DNA of 64,000 bases from an uncultured Nisaea sp. (GCA_964342575.1 CAYFGZ010000001.1:6310-70309); one strand, 5' to 3'; shown: positions 20,121 to 31,178, counted from the stretch's first letter. Notes: generated by a model not told the origin, from the letters alone. Numbers and translations are program-made.

Positions 20121-20852
20121 ATGACCTTGCCCTGCATTAGGCCTTCTGGCCGGAAAAACAATGAAGCTAGAACAGTATCGATTGATCTTGGTACCGCTAA
20201 ACATGCCGAGGGCTCTTGTCTCATTAAGAGCGGAGAAACGCATGTTTTGTGCACAGCAACGGTAGAAGAACGAGTTCCCCCTTTTTTAAGGGGGCGGGGC
20301 CTTGGATGGGTGACAGCGGAATACGGTATGCTCCCCCGCTCCACGCATACTCGGACCGACCGGGAAGCTGCTCGGGGCAAACAAAGTGGTCGCACATTGG
20401 AAATTCAGCGTCTTATAGGTCGCTCTCTCCGGGCGGTTACAGATGCCGAAGCCTTGGGAGAAAGACAAATCCGAATTGACTGCGATGTTCTGCAAGCAGA
20501 CGGCGGAACAAGGACCGCCGCCATCACCGGGGGTTATATAGCTTTGCACAAGGCGTTGGATGATTTAGTTGAAAGGAGTGTGCTTCCGTCATTACCTCTT
20601 TTGGATCAGGTTGCTGCTATATCCTGTGGCCTTTACCAGGGACAGCCCGTCCTTGATTTAGATTATGCCGAAGATTCCATGGCGCAAGCGGACGCAAATT
20701 TTGTTCTGACAGGATCGTCTCAAATAATTGAAATCCAGGCTACCGCAGAAAAAACACCTTTTTCTCAACAGGAATTCGAACAACTCCTTAGGTTAGCTCA
20801 GTCCGGTGTTTCTGCTCTAGTAAATCTTCAAAAATCGGCTTTGAGCCTGTAG
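20121..20852 (+). CDS. rph: ribonuclease PH
   Basis: Motifs [25 protein letters not shown] and [18 protein letters not shown] are present. Confidence 0.96.
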   Translation: MTLPCIRPSGRKNNEARTVSIDLGTAKHAEGSCLIKSGETHVLCTATVEERVPPFLRGRGLGWVTAEYGMLPRSTHTRTDREAARGKQSGRTLEIQRLIGRSLRAVTDAEALGERQIRIDCDVLQADGGTRTAAITGGYIALHKALDDLVERSVLPSLPLLDQVAAISCGLYQGQPVLDLDYAEDSMAQADANFVLTGSSQIIEIQATAEKTPFSQQEFEQLLRLAQSGVSALVNLQKSALSL

Positions 20853-20862
20853 GCAAAGAGAA

Positions 20863-21480
20863 ATGTCAATTTCGGGTATCGATAAACTTGTTGTGGCCAG
20901 CCACAATAAAGGAAAGATAAAGGAAATGATGGAGCTTCTGACCCCCTTGGGCATACAGACCATTTCAGCATACGACGCTGGCATTAATGAACCACTCGAA
21001 ACCGAGGAGACCTTTGAAGGGAATGCATTATTAAAAGCTCTAAACGCTGCTAACACAGCACAGTTGCCCGCTATTTCTGATGATTCTGGTCTGTTAGTCA
21101 AGTCGCTTAATGGAAAACCCGGTGTGTTTTCTGCCCGCTGGGCAGGGCCTCACAGGGACTTTAGCCTGGCAATGCAAAAAATAAACAACCGACTTATGAA
21201 CGCCGACAGAAAAAAGGGCCAATCAGTCTCTAGAGCAGCCCAGTTCGTTTGTGCGCTAGCTTTAGCCTGGCCAGGGGGTAGAACAAAATGTTTTGTAGGA
21301 AAAATAGACGGTCGAATTTGTTGGCCTCCCCGGGGCCAAAATGGGTTTGGTTATGATCCTATTTTCGTGCCAGCGGGCTCCACAAAAACATTTGGACAAA
21401 TAGATCCCTATTGGAAGCACTCGATTAGTCACCGAGCCAAGGCCTTTAAAATGCTGACTCAGAGTTTATCGGAGCATTAG
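20863..21480 (+). CDS. rdgB: non-canonical purine NTP pyrophosphatase (RdgB/HAM1)
   Basis: Motifs VASHNKGKIKE, SDDSGL and GFGYDPIF are present. Confidence 0.92.
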   Translation: MSISGIDKLVVASHNKGKIKEMMELLTPLGIQTISAYDAGINEPLETEETFEGNALLKALNAANTAQLPAISDDSGLLVKSLNGKPGVFSARWAGPHRDFSLAMQKINNRLMNADRKKGQSVSRAAQFVCALALAWPGGRTKCFVGKIDGRICWPPRGQNGFGYDPIFVPAGSTKTFGQIDPYWKHSISHRAKAFKMLTQSLSEH

Positions 21481-22683
21481 ATGAGCAATACTGAAAGCAC
21501 TTCCGAGCTTAGTCTCTACGTTCACTGGCCTTTCTGCCTATCTAAATGCCCTTATTGCGATTTTAATAGCCATGTTTCCCAAGAGCTCAGTCATTCCCGT
21601 TGGCGTAATGCTTTGATTGTTGAGCTAAAACATTTGTCTGAAAACCTTCAGGATAGGCGGTTGAAAAGTATATTTTTTGGAGGTGGAACGCCATCGTTGA
21701 TGGAGCCAGAAACGATATCAAAAATCGTTCACGAGGCGAACAGTCTGTGGCAAACCGACAAAAAGCTAGAAATCACTATGGAAGCCAACCCTTCCTCTGT
21801 AGAATCTGAGTCGCTAGAATTGTTTCGAGATGCTGGCATTAACCGTTTATCACTTGGTGTGCAGTCTTTTGATGATGAAGCGCTTAGGTTTTTGGGACGA
21901 GGCCATACAGCAGAAGATGCTATCGCTGCAATAGAGAAGGCTCATGCTTTGTTCGACAATATCTCTTTCGATCTCATTTACGCCAGACCCCATCAGTCGC
22001 TACGACAATGGATGTCAGAACTCGCTAGCGCTATCAGTTTAGCTGGAAATCATCTTTCCGTGTACCAACTCACGATAGAGAGAGGAACTCAGTTCTTTAG
22101 GAGGCATAAAAGAGGTGAATTTCAAATTCCAGATAGTGATGAGTCTGGTTTGTTATATGAGGCAACTGTGGAGAAATTGCACTCTGTCGGGCTCCCTGAC
22201 TATGAAATATCGAATCATGCGCGACCCGGCTCTGAGTGTCTTCACAACCTGCAATATTGGGAGACTGGCGACTACCTCGGTATAGGGGCCGGCGCCCATA
22301 GCCGCATTACAACAAAAAATGGACAACGGTTCGCTTTTCGGACACATTCAGCGCCTAACGCCTGGTTGCAAAAAGCTGAGATGCATGGCCATGCTATACG
22401 AGAGAAAAAAAGAATCAATGCCTATGAGCAATTGGTTGAAACGCTTATGATGGGGCTTAGATTAACCAAGGGATTGCCCGTTAGTCGACTGGAGTCGATT
22501 TCTGGATTGGAGATCGAAGAACTTTTTCCTTCTGAAATCATTGGCATGTTGACAGATCAGGGGCTTTTGGAAATCACTAGTAGTATTGTTAGGGCAACAC
22601 CCTCTGGGCGTCAGCGCCTCGATGGATTGATAGGGTTTCTCCTAGAAAACACGGACCCCGGTTTTCAGAAAAGCACCCGTTAG
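21481..22683 (+). CDS. hemW: radical-SAM heme chaperone HemW
   Basis: It has LYVHWPFCLSKCPYCDFNS (CxxxCxxC). The rph-rdgB-hemW order is conserved. Confidence 0.9.
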   Translation: MSNTESTSELSLYVHWPFCLSKCPYCDFNSHVSQELSHSRWRNALIVELKHLSENLQDRRLKSIFFGGGTPSLMEPETISKIVHEANSLWQTDKKLEITMEANPSSVESESLELFRDAGINRLSLGVQSFDDEALRFLGRGHTAEDAIAAIEKAHALFDNISFDLIYARPHQSLRQWMSELASAISLAGNHLSVYQLTIERGTQFFRRHKRGEFQIPDSDESGLLYEATVEKLHSVGLPDYEISNHARPGSECLHNLQYWETGDYLGIGAGAHSRITTKNGQRFAFRTHSAPNAWLQKAEMHGHAIREKKRINAYEQLVETLMMGLRLTKGLPVSRLESISGLEIEELFPSEIIGMLTDQGLLEITSSIVRATPSGRQRLDGLIGFLLENTDPGFQKSTR

Positions 22684-24269
22684 TTATCAATTTTTCTTCT
22701 ATCATGATCATTAAATTCTATTGGAGCCTCATCAATTATCTTAACCCCTTTTTGTTGAACTTCAAGTATTGCAAAGCCACGTTCATTTGAACCATCGGGT
22801 AATAACCGAACTATGCCGTCGACCCCCGAATAACCTCTAGAATCTATGATCGCTTCCCCTTTATAATTATCCATTCTTTTCAAAAGGGCTAAAGTGACCC
22901 CCAACAGCATCGCATCATACCCCAAGGTGGCTAATCGCGGCGGTTGGTATCCAAAAAACCCCTTAAACTTAGCGTAAAACGGCGTCAATAGTTCTGGTGA
23001 CGGGGCTACATACCATGAACCCAGTAGGGCCGGCTCTATAGTTAGATCAGACATATCATCCCAAAAAGTCGTGCCCAACAATTTAACACGCGCGGGATCC
23101 ACATCATAAAAAGCAAGTAAGGGCGCGATTCTTTTAAGTTCCGGGCCGCCCGATGGCAAAAGCACAGAATCAAAAGGCGGATCACCAAGTGTTTCTAGTT
23201 CAGAAAGTCGCCTTAGCGCGTTTACTGCTATTTCATCTCTTTGTTTCGATAACTGTTTTTTGTGAGCTCTTAAGTTATCCTGCCGATTTTGATAATCAGA
23301 AAAATTACGGACCAAACTCGTTAAATCCTCAATTCCGGGTTCATAGTAACTTTCCCGCACCACTGTACTTTTTGTCCCTAATGCACTTTCGTTCGCTATC
23401 TCGACTGCCAAATCTCCAAATTCATTTTTTGGAGCCAGGACGCCTATCCGCTTGTAGCCCCGGCTAGTTGAGAATTGAATTATACGCTTAACCTGTTGGC
23501 CCGGCAGAAACCCAAAAATGTATACACCATTTCCCGCTGCGGCTATATCGTTCGAAAAGCTTATTACCTCAACGCCTGCCGCCCGAACTGTAGGCGCAAT
23601 TGCCTCTGTAGAGGATCCAAAAAGAGGCCCTAAAATCAGCTCAACATTACTTTTTACAGCCAATTTTGCTGCCTCTATTGCTGTTGTTGGATTGCCTCTA
23701 GTATCAAAGATAATTAACTCTAGTTGATCATCGGCTGCTTCAAAGAAAGCCAATTGGATAGCATCGAGCAAGGCTCGCCCTACATGAAATCCTTTTTCGG
23801 AAAGTGGCAGCAACACCCCTATTCTTGGTTTGGATTCGTGCGTTGGCAATTTCAGCCGTCGTTTTTGGGGCTCGGAGATGCTGAGACTGGATGTAGTAAT
23901 TACTTCCTGCCCAACCGGTAGCAATTTCTTTGAAAGATCGCCAGTACGACCCACCAAAGATTCTGTCTTCGGTTTGACTGCGTCTGGTTTTGCGGACCCA
24001 GAAGATATGATTTCCTTGTTTTTCTTATTTGTTTGGTAACTGGGTATAGGACCACCAACACTCGGCACGACATCGCTGGCGATGCCTCTCCTGGAATTCT
24101 CAGGATCTGCTTGGCAACCAACACATATCAGCGTAAAAAGAGTCATCAGAGCAGTTATTCGTCCTCCACGACGATTTTTAGGGAATGCCCTTGAAAACAA
24201 AACCAATAAATTTTTCGGCTGGTCGCACAAAACTGATCTCCCCAAAAGTCCCGATAAAATGGAATGCAT
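22680..24269 (-). CDS. penicillin-binding protein activator LpoA-like lipoprotein (periplasmic-binding-protein fold)
   Basis: The lipobox LICVGC is followed by a low-complexity linker and a type-I PBP-like C-terminal domain. It is divergent from rsmI, as yraM/lpoA is in E. coli. The start is uncertain: ATG 24269, TTG near 24206/24200, or ATG 24146. Confidence 0.65.
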   Translation of the reverse strand: MHSILSGLLGRSVLCDQPKNLLVLFSRAFPKNRRGGRITALMTLFTLICVGCQADPENSRRGIASDVVPSVGGPIPSYQTNKKNKEIISSGSAKPDAVKPKTESLVGRTGDLSKKLLPVGQEVITTSSLSISEPQKRRLKLPTHESKPRIGVLLPLSEKGFHVGRALLDAIQLAFFEAADDQLELIIFDTRGNPTTAIEAAKLAVKSNVELILGPLFGSSTEAIAPTVRAAGVEVISFSNDIAAAGNGVYIFGFLPGQQVKRIIQFSTSRGYKRIGVLAPKNEFGDLAVEIANESALGTKSTVVRESYYEPGIEDLTSLVRNFSDYQNRQDNLRAHKKQLSKQRDEIAVNALRRLSELETLGDPPFDSVLLPSGGPELKRIAPLLAFYDVDPARVKLLGTTFWDDMSDLTIEPALLGSWYVAPSPELLTPFYAKFKGFFGYQPPRLATLGYDAMLLGVTLALLKRMDNYKGEAIIDSRGYSGVDGIVRLLPDGSNERGFAILEVQQKGVKIIDEAPIEFNDHDRRKIDN

Positions 24270-24313
24270 ATCTATGCTAGTGTCATACTTAAACGGCTCA
24301 TAATGGCAAAATT

Positions 24314-25165
24314 ATGACAATTACACTATTAAGCACTGGTTTGACATTGGTTGCTACCCCTATTGGCAATATGCTAGACATTTCAAAACGAGCCATGTCT
24401 GCTTTGGCTGAAGCAGACGAGGTTCTGTGCGAAGATTCACGTGTCTCAAGAAAGTTGCTATCCAGATACGGAATAAAAACCAAGCTTCGCACTTATCACG
24501 AACACAATGCCTCAAAGGTTCGGCCAAAAATATTAGAAAAACTAAAATCTGGCGCCAAAATCGTATTGATAAGTGACGCCGGAACTCCAACCATCTCGGA
24601 CCCCGGATACAAGTTAATACGAGCCTGCATAGATTCTGATATCAGAGTTTCTACGATTCCTGGCCCTACCGCCGTAATCGCAGCATTATCGATATCAGGG
24701 CTGCCAACTAATAAGTTCTACTTTGGCGGGTTCCTACCCACCAAAACGAATGCCAGAAAAAAAATACTTAATACCTGCCAGCAGTTAGATGCCACGATGG
24801 TTTTTTACGAGTCTCCATCTCGGTTAGCGGCTTGTCTAGAGGACGCTACTGTTTATTTTGGCGAACGGTCAGCTGCTGTTGCCAGAGAATTGACTAAATT
24901 ACATGAGGAGGTTAGGAGAGGCACCGTAGCTGAACTTTCTAAATTTTATAGTAGTTCCACCCCGCCTAAAGGCGAAGCGGTTTTATTGATAGGTCCCCCA
25001 GACTCAAAAGCAGTTTGGAACGAGTCTGCCGTGGAACGAGCCCTTAGTGAGGCTTTAATGAGCAACACGCTACGCGATGCTGTTCAACTTGTGGCCGCTG
25101 CGTCGGGTGTATCTAAATCTATTATCTATGATTTAGCCCTGGAGCTTAACAAACCAAAAAGCTAA
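24314..25165 (+). CDS. rsmI: 16S rRNA (cytidine1402-2'-O)-methyltransferase
   Basis: Motifs LVATPIGN, ISDAGTPTISDPG and FYESPSR are present. Confidence 0.94.
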   Translation: MTITLLSTGLTLVATPIGNMLDISKRAMSALAEADEVLCEDSRVSRKLLSRYGIKTKLRTYHEHNASKVRPKILEKLKSGAKIVLISDAGTPTISDPGYKLIRACIDSDIRVSTIPGPTAVIAALSISGLPTNKFYFGGFLPTKTNARKKILNTCQQLDATMVFYESPSRLAACLEDATVYFGERSAAVARELTKLHEEVRRGTVAELSKFYSSSTPPKGEAVLLIGPPDSKAVWNESAVERALSEALMSNTLRDAVQLVAAASGVSKSIIYDLALELNKPKS

Positions 25166-25226
25166 CCTAAACTTCTCGAAAACGCGCCGAGATTGCCGTA
25201 AGCTAAAGTTAGAAGGGGAGTTTCAT

Positions 25227-25838
25227 ATGAAAACAAAGTATCAAACCTTTGCTAAACTAGCTATGATCTGCTTTGGAAGCGGGATCGTCTTGTGTATACA
25301 ACAGTCCTGTTCTCCAGTTTCTCCTGTTGGTTTGGCCGTAGGCGCCGGTGCAACAGTTATCCACGCTAGTCAATCGGAAAAAGGCCTTAAAAAGTCGGCA
25401 GAAGATTTACGTACACGTGCAGAAGTGCTCCACTATTTATTCCAAAAAAACGTAACCCTTTTTAGCTCTGTTAATGTGTCTGTCGAGAATGCTCGTGTAC
25501 TCTTAACAGGCGCAGTTAATCGGCCAATGGACCGAATCAACGCCACCAAATTAGCGTGGAAAGCGACTGGGGTTCGGGAAGTAATTAACGAACTTCAAGT
25601 CCAGAACACGTCTAGCATCGCCAATAGCGCAAAAGACTTGTTGATAAACAAGGCCCTTCAAACTCAACTCCTATTAGACAAAAATATCAAATTTATCAAC
25701 TACAGTGTAGATACCGTAAATGGCATAGTATATCTGTTTGGCATTGCCGAAAATCAGGAAGAACTAGACCGGGTGATAGATCTTGCTCGAAATACAAACT
25801 ATGTAGAGGACGTGGTAAATTATGTCACCCTGGAATGA
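25227..25838 (+). CDS. BON-domain periplasmic/lipoprotein (DolP/YraP-like)
   Basis: It has a signal peptide and two BON-like repeats (VENARVLLTGAV ; VNGIVYLFGIA). Confidence 0.75.
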   Translation: MKTKYQTFAKLAMICFGSGIVLCIQQSCSPVSPVGLAVGAGATVIHASQSEKGLKKSAEDLRTRAEVLHYLFQKNVTLFSSVNVSVENARVLLTGAVNRPMDRINATKLAWKATGVREVINELQVQNTSSIANSAKDLLINKALQTQLLLDKNIKFINYSVDTVNGIVYLFGIAENQEELDRVIDLARNTNYVEDVVNYVTLE

Positions 25839-25994
25839 TTAAAAGTCCCATGAGTCCTAGGTGCTTGCAATAGACCAAGGGAGAAAGCCTCTCGGCATTA
25901 GGTTTTTCATTTTGTAGACGAGGATCGATCGTATGATTCAAAAGCCGCTCCAACTGTGTCCGACGAAAAGTAACAAAACAAGGAAATATACAAC

Positions 25995-26936
25995 ATGAGC
26001 CTCAACGTTGCGTTTCAAATGGATCCGATCCAGTCGATTGATATAAATGGGGACAGCAGTTTTGCGCTCGCGCTGGAAGCTCAAGCTCGAAATTATGCAT
26101 TGTTTCACTATTTACCAGAATCTCTTTCGCTTAAGCGCGAGAAGCCTATAGCAAAAGTAAATTCCTTCTCGGTTCAACGGGTCCGCGACAACCATTTCTT
26201 TCTGGGAGATAAAGTGACAGCTGACCTGGCGACAGACTTCGATGTGGTTCTTATGCGCCAAGACCCGCCTTTCGACATGTCCTACATTACAGCCACCCAC
26301 ATCCTCGAACACGCTCAACCAGCCACATTGATTGTAAACAACCCTGAAAACGTCCGAAACGCTCCAGAGAAATTGTTTGTGACTCATTTTAAGAGTGTTA
26401 TGCCTCCTACACTAATAACTTCTGACGAATCTGAAATTTTTTCCTTCCGAAAAGAATTTAAAGATATTATTGTCAAACCTTTATTTGGAAATGGTGGAGC
26501 AGGTGTTTTCCACATCAAACCAAACGATGAGAATCTTAGTTCTCTGATAGAACTTTATAAAACGTTTTACCGTGAACCCTTAATAGTTCAACAATATCTG
26601 CCGGCTGTGCGGAGGGGTGACAAGCGAATAATTTTGGTTGATGGAAATCCTGTAGGTGCGATCAATAGAGTGCCGGCGGATGGCGAAGCTCGCTCAAACA
26701 TGCACGTTGGGGGAACTCCCACGAAGTGCGACCTAACCAATCGAGACAGAGAAATATGCGAACAAATAGGGCCTAGTTTGCGGGAACGTGGTCTGCTTTT
26801 TGTTGGCATTGATGTGATTGGTGATTACTTAACAGAGATAAACGTAACTTCACCCACCGGCATACAGGAATTAGATCGGTTTAATGACACAAACGTTGCG
26901 GGCTTAATATGGGATGCCATCGAGAAAAAGTTATAG
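25995..26936 (+). CDS. gshB: glutathione synthetase
   Basis: Motifs [29 protein letters not shown] and EINVTSPTG are present. Confidence 0.94.
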   Translation: MSLNVAFQMDPIQSIDINGDSSFALALEAQARNYALFHYLPESLSLKREKPIAKVNSFSVQRVRDNHFFLGDKVTADLATDFDVVLMRQDPPFDMSYITATHILEHAQPATLIVNNPENVRNAPEKLFVTHFKSVMPPTLITSDESEIFSFRKEFKDIIVKPLFGNGGAGVFHIKPNDENLSSLIELYKTFYREPLIVQQYLPAVRRGDKRIILVDGNPVGAINRVPADGEARSNMHVGGTPTKCDLTNRDREICEQIGPSLRERGLLFVGIDVIGDYLTEINVTSPTGIQELDRFNDTNVAGLIWDAIEKKL

Positions 26937-26937
26937 A

Positions 26938-27312
26938 CTAAGGCCGGCTTTTTAGAGGCTTAACCATCTGTCCCAGTCTCCTCCCACCTAAAATATGAAT
27001 ATGCAGATGGGGAACCTCTTGCATACCGTGTTCACCGGTATTTGCTATTGATCGAAAGCCGTCGGTAGAAATATTTTTTATTCTTGCTACCTCTCCAACG
27101 GCCTTTATAAGGGCCGATTGCTCCTCTTGAGTGGCTCGCTCTGAAAAATCCATCATGGATACATACGGTTCCTTTGGGATTATCAATACGTGCACCGGGG
27201 CCTGCGGATTTATATCCTCAAACGCTAACACATGATCGTTTTCATAGACGGTTTTATTTGGTATCTCGCCCCGAAGAATTTTAGCAAAGATATTATTGAG
27301 ATCGTAGGTCAT
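26938..27312 (-). CDS. HIT-family (histidine triad) nucleotide-binding protein
   Basis: The histidine triad HLHIHILGG is present. Confidence 0.9.
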   Translation of the reverse strand: MTYDLNNIFAKILRGEIPNKTVYENDHVLAFEDINPQAPVHVLIIPKEPYVSMMDFSERATQEEQSALIKAVGEVARIKNISTDGFRSIANTGEHGMQEVPHLHIHILGGRRLGQMVKPLKSRP

Positions 27313-27329
27313 GCGATTACTTTCAAAAA

Positions 27330-27650
27330 TTACGTCGTAATGCGATTTAATTTTTCATCCAACCCAGAGGTTCCTCTTCGGTCTTTCAGCTCTTTCCAAA
27401 CACTCTGAGGATCAATATCGGCGTCGGCCCATAGTACCAGAAGATGATATAGGAGATCTGCACTCTCTGAGATGAGATTCTGTTTCGAATTGCCTAAGGC
27501 GCTGACCACCGTCTCTACCGCTTCTTCACCCACTTTTCGCGCTATAAAAGGGGTGCCTGCAGCAAACAACTTGGCCGTATATGAGGTCTCTACATTTGCA
27601 TTCCGTCGCTCATTAATTAACTCGTAAAGTTGATTCAATTCCTTTGCCAT
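27330..27650 (-). CDS. hisE: phosphoribosyl-ATP pyrophosphatase
   Basis: It has a MazG-like EEAVE...DLLYHLLVLW region and is the last gene of the his operon. Confidence 0.9.
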   Translation of the reverse strand: MAKELNQLYELINERRNANVETSYTAKLFAAGTPFIARKVGEEAVETVVSALGNSKQNLISESADLLYHLLVLWADADIDPQSVWKELKDRRGTSGLDEKLNRITT

Positions 27651-27681
27651 TTAAACCCCCTTTATACTATCTTCCAGTAAA

Positions 27682-28440
27682 TCACAGTCTAACCGATAAT
27701 CCTCTAGAGGCCATGTTTTCCTTCGCTTCTGCAACACTAAATTCCCCAAAATGAAACACGGATGCAGCTAAAACAGCGGAAGCCCCACCATTTAAAACCC
27801 CTTCCGCAAAGTGCTCAAGCTTCCCAACTCCTCCCGAGGCTATAACAGGGACTGAGACTGCCGAAGTAATCGCCTTAGTGAGCGATATATCAAAGCCTTC
27901 CCTGGTTCCGTCTCGGTCCATAGAGGTTAATAGAATTTCACCCGCTCCATATTCGACCATCCGTTCTGCCCACCCGATAGCGTCTATGCCTGTGGGATTC
28001 CGGCCCCCATGTGTAAAAACCTCCAGTTTTTTTCCCGACACTCTTTTTGCATCGATGGCAACTACGATACATTGGGATCCAAATTTCCCAGCCGCCTCCT
28101 TAACGAATTCCGGCCTGTTCACAGCCGCCGTATTTATTGACACTTTGTCGGCACCTGCCAACAATAATCTACGGATGTCTTCTTCCTTTCTAATTCCTCC
28201 TCCCACGGTAAGTGGCATAAAGCATTGCTCTGCTGTTCCGGCTACTATATCCAATAAAGTGTCTCTATTATCACTACTGGCAGTGATATCCAAAAAAGCA
28301 AGCTCGTCCGCGCCCTGGGAATCATAAAATCTAGCCTGTTCCACCGGGTCACCTGCGTCGATCAGGTCGACAAAGTTCACCCCCTTCACTACCCGTCCCC
28401 CCTTAACATCTAGGCACGGTATAACTCGAACCGCTAACAT
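27682..28440 (-). CDS. hisF: imidazole glycerol phosphate synthase cyclase subunit
   Basis: Motifs [29 protein letters not shown] and ASVFHFGE are present. Confidence 0.97.
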   Translation of the reverse strand: MLAVRVIPCLDVKGGRVVKGVNFVDLIDAGDPVEQARFYDSQGADELAFLDITASSDNRDTLLDIVAGTAEQCFMPLTVGGGIRKEEDIRRLLLAGADKVSINTAAVNRPEFVKEAAGKFGSQCIVVAIDAKRVSGKKLEVFTHGGRNPTGIDAIGWAERMVEYGAGEILLTSMDRDGTREGFDISLTKAITSAVSVPVIASGGVGKLEHFAEGVLNGGASAVLAASVFHFGEFSVAEAKENMASRGLSVRL

Positions 28441-28451
28441 TTATCTCCCCC

Positions 28452-29174
28452 TTACTTTAGAATATTTAATCCCTCTTCCAGATTTAATGTTCCGTCATAT
28501 AAAGCTCGCCCGCACACAACTCCTATTATATTAGGCGTTGCCTTTTTTCTTAGGGCTCTAAGATCATGGATCGACGACACCCCGCCCGAGGCTATAATTG
28601 GTATTGCCGTTGATCTAGCCATTTCTATTGTTGCCTCTATATTGAGACCACTAAGGGCTCCGTCGCGATCAATGTCAGTATAAATTATGGCGGCAACACC
28701 GCAATCTTCAAATCTCTTTGCTAATTCCTCGCAACGAATATCTGAGTCCTCAACCCAACCCTCCGTTGATACCATTCCTTTTCTAGCGTCCACACCAACT
28801 GCTATTTGACCCGGAAATAAATAGCAGCTTTCCCTGACAAGATCGGGGTTTTTCAGCGCGGCCGTCCCTAGTATTATTCTCGACACTCCGCGGCCTATCC
28901 AGCGTTCGATGCTATTAATATCCCGAATTCCTCCACCTAGTTGAACCGACACATCTACGCGGCCTAAAATTGAACTTATAGCTTCCTCGTTTATGGAGGC
29001 GCCCGCCAAGGCACCGTCTAAATCCACTACGTGGAGCCATTGGCAACCCGACTCAGCAAACATTGTGGCTTGGTTTGCTGGTGACGTATTAAATAAGGTC
29101 GCTTCGTCTATATTGCCTTTGAGCAACCTCACACAATTCCCGTCTTTTAAGTCTATAGCAGGAAATAAAATCAT
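28452..29174 (-). CDS. hisA: ProFAR isomerase
   Basis: Motifs ILFPAIDLKDG, LHVVDLDGA, QLGGGIR and IASGGV are present. Confidence 0.96.
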   Translation of the reverse strand: MILFPAIDLKDGNCVRLLKGNIDEATLFNTSPANQATMFAESGCQWLHVVDLDGALAGASINEEAISSILGRVDVSVQLGGGIRDINSIERWIGRGVSRIILGTAALKNPDLVRESCYLFPGQIAVGVDARKGMVSTEGWVEDSDIRCEELAKRFEDCGVAAIIYTDIDRDGALSGLNIEATIEMARSTAIPIIASGGVSSIHDLRALRKKATPNIIGVVCGRALYDGTLNLEEGLNILK

Positions 29175-29201
29175 ATTTTACCGACCCCCACCGTCGCCTT
29201 T

Positions 29202-29747
29202 TTAGCTTAGCTTTTTAAAGTAAAAACATCCTTTTACGTATTTCCGGTCTACACGGGCATAATGCGGGTGTTCCCCAAATCGTACGTAACCCAGCCTTTC
29301 AAACAATCGAATTGCAGCTATTTGCGTCTCTCTTACATCAAGGTTCAAAACATCGAAATCGGTTTCCCTTGCTCGATTTTCAGCGGAGCGTATCAATTCC
29401 GCTGATAGTCCATGGCCCCTTGCCCAAGGCGCTACAAAATGCGTCGTTAAGTTACATGCGAAGCTTTGGGCTTCGTTATTTCGAGCTGGTCGAAGTATTT
29501 GGCACGATCCTGCAACAGCTCCATCCAACCTGCCAACAAACAGATCCCGCTCCGGAATCAGCAAGACCCCTCTCCAATAAGCCTCCAAGACATCCCTTGG
29601 CGGGGGAGCTAACCAACCGAACCCACCCCCATCGTTGATGGCCATTTCTGCGGCATCGCAAAGATCATTTAAATCAGCGGAACCTAAACTATCAATCAAT
29701 TCAACTTGGGTCGTAGGTGGAGGATTCTTTTTATCGGTTTGGGTCAT
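29202..29747 (-). CDS. GNAT-family N-acetyltransferase
   Basis: It has an acetyl-CoA loop ARGHGLSAELI (R/Q-x-x-G-x-G/A type) and a size of ~180 aa. Confidence 0.8.
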   Translation of the reverse strand: MTQTDKKNPPPTTQVELIDSLGSADLNDLCDAAEMAINDGGGFGWLAPPPRDVLEAYWRGVLLIPERDLFVGRLDGAVAGSCQILRPARNNEAQSFACNLTTHFVAPWARGHGLSAELIRSAENRARETDFDVLNLDVRETQIAAIRLFERLGYVRFGEHPHYARVDRKYVKGCFYFKKLS

Positions 29748-29757
29748 TTCGGATCCC

Positions 29758-30408
29758 TTAAGGTCGCCATTTTAGAAAATTTTCTAGCATCTGGAGTCCT
29801 GCCGCCTGACTTTTTTCTGGGTGAAACTGGGTGCCCAAAACGTTGTCGCGACCTACCATCGCCGTTATTGGCCCACCATATTCGGTTGTCGCCATTATTT
29901 CGTTATTATTATCCAGCTGCATGTGGAAGCTATGCGCAAAATAAAAATAAAGATCTTCGCTTATTCCATCCAGAACAGGATGCCCTCTCCGCTTTATTTT
30001 TAGCTGATTCCACCCCATGTGAGGCACTTTGAGGTTATTATGGGCATCCTCGTTCTGCAAGAAATCTATTTTACATACCGAAGCCGAGAACCAGTCTAAC
30101 CCTCTTGTCTGAGTTAGTTCGTGCCCCATTGATGCCGTCAATTGCATGCCTACGCAAATTCCTAAAAAAGGTCTTCCCCGAACAACTATATGCTCTTGCA
30201 AAGAATCAATCATTCCAGGCAAGGCCGACAAGCCTTTCTTACAATCTGGAAACGTGCCAACACCTGGTAAAACCACATAATCTGACTTTGCTACCGCTTC
30301 TGGGCAGCTACTCGTAGATACCTTAGTTTTTCCATCCGCGACTTTTTGAAACGCTTTAGCGGCGGACCGCAAATTTCCCGATCCATAATCTATAATTATT
30401 AAGCTCAT
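29758..30408 (-). CDS. hisH: imidazole glycerol phosphate synthase glutaminase subunit
   Basis: It has FLGICVGMQL (catalytic Cys) and VPHMGWN, with His/Glu near the C-terminus. Confidence 0.96.
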   Translation of the reverse strand: MSLIIIDYGSGNLRSAAKAFQKVADGKTKVSTSSCPEAVAKSDYVVLPGVGTFPDCKKGLSALPGMIDSLQEHIVVRGRPFLGICVGMQLTASMGHELTQTRGLDWFSASVCKIDFLQNEDAHNNLKVPHMGWNQLKIKRRGHPVLDGISEDLYFYFAHSFHMQLDNNNEIMATTEYGGPITAMVGRDNVLGTQFHPEKSQAAGLQMLENFLKWRP

Positions 30409-30413
30409 TTGGA

Positions 30414-31031
30414 TCAGCCCTTTTTATCGCTCCCGCCCAAAGAACCTTTGGTAGAAGGTATCATCCCATAAGCACGATTATCAATAGTTGCTGCTTGCCG
30501 CAATGCTCTACCAAGCGCTTTGTAGCATGATTCAATTATGTGATGCGTGTTTTCTCCATACAAATTCCGAATGTGAATAGTCATACCCGCAGCTTGAGAA
30601 AAAGCCTGAAACCATTCTCGGAATAGCTCCGTGTCCATTTCACCTAATCTAGAATTCGGCAGAGACACCTGCCAAACAAGATGCGGTCGCCCCGAAACAT
30701 CCACAGTTGCGCTGCTCAATGTTTCATCCATAGGAATTTGTGCATGACCAAACCTAGTTATTCCCTGGCGAGTTCCCAACGCCTTGTAAACGGCCTCACC
30801 TATTATGTATCCGGTATCTTCCGTGGTGTGATGAAAGTCGATATGCAGATCGCCAACGGCTTTAAGCGAAATGTCAATTAATGAGTGACGCGACAACTGC
30901 TCAAGCATGTGGTCCAGAAATCCAATTCCAGTAGAAATATCATAAGATCCTGTGCCGTCTAGATTTACTGTCGCTTGTATTTGTGTTTCAGTTGTAATTC
31001 TTTCCACATTTGCGATGCGTTGGTCCACCAT
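30414..31031 (-). CDS. hisB: imidazoleglycerol-phosphate dehydratase
   Basis: Motifs [17 protein letters not shown] and [10 protein letters not shown] are present. I set the start at MVDQRIA; the ORF track extends to 31046. Confidence 0.96.
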   Translation of the reverse strand: MVDQRIANVERITTETQIQATVNLDGTGSYDISTGIGFLDHMLEQLSRHSLIDISLKAVGDLHIDFHHTTEDTGYIIGEAVYKALGTRQGITRFGHAQIPMDETLSSATVDVSGRPHLVWQVSLPNSRLGEMDTELFREWFQAFSQAAGMTIHIRNLYGENTHHIIESCYKALGRALRQAATIDNRAYGMIPSTKGSLGGSDKKG

Positions 31032-31178
31032 TTGCTGTCTCCACATACTAGGAACGCGGTTTTTTATCAGGAAGTAGGGCTGCTGACCAGTCCAACCAAG
31101 AATTCGTTTTACAAAGTTCCATCTTGACCTCTCAATAACAGATCATTATCAGCGATAGAGAAAGGGGTTTTCTGCGCT

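Noticed and set aside
25839-25994. The 157-nt gap upstream of gshB was examined for a terminator or riboswitch-like structure.
   Set aside because: Only short imperfect stems (4-5 bp) can be drawn, and I recognise no known RNA motif.
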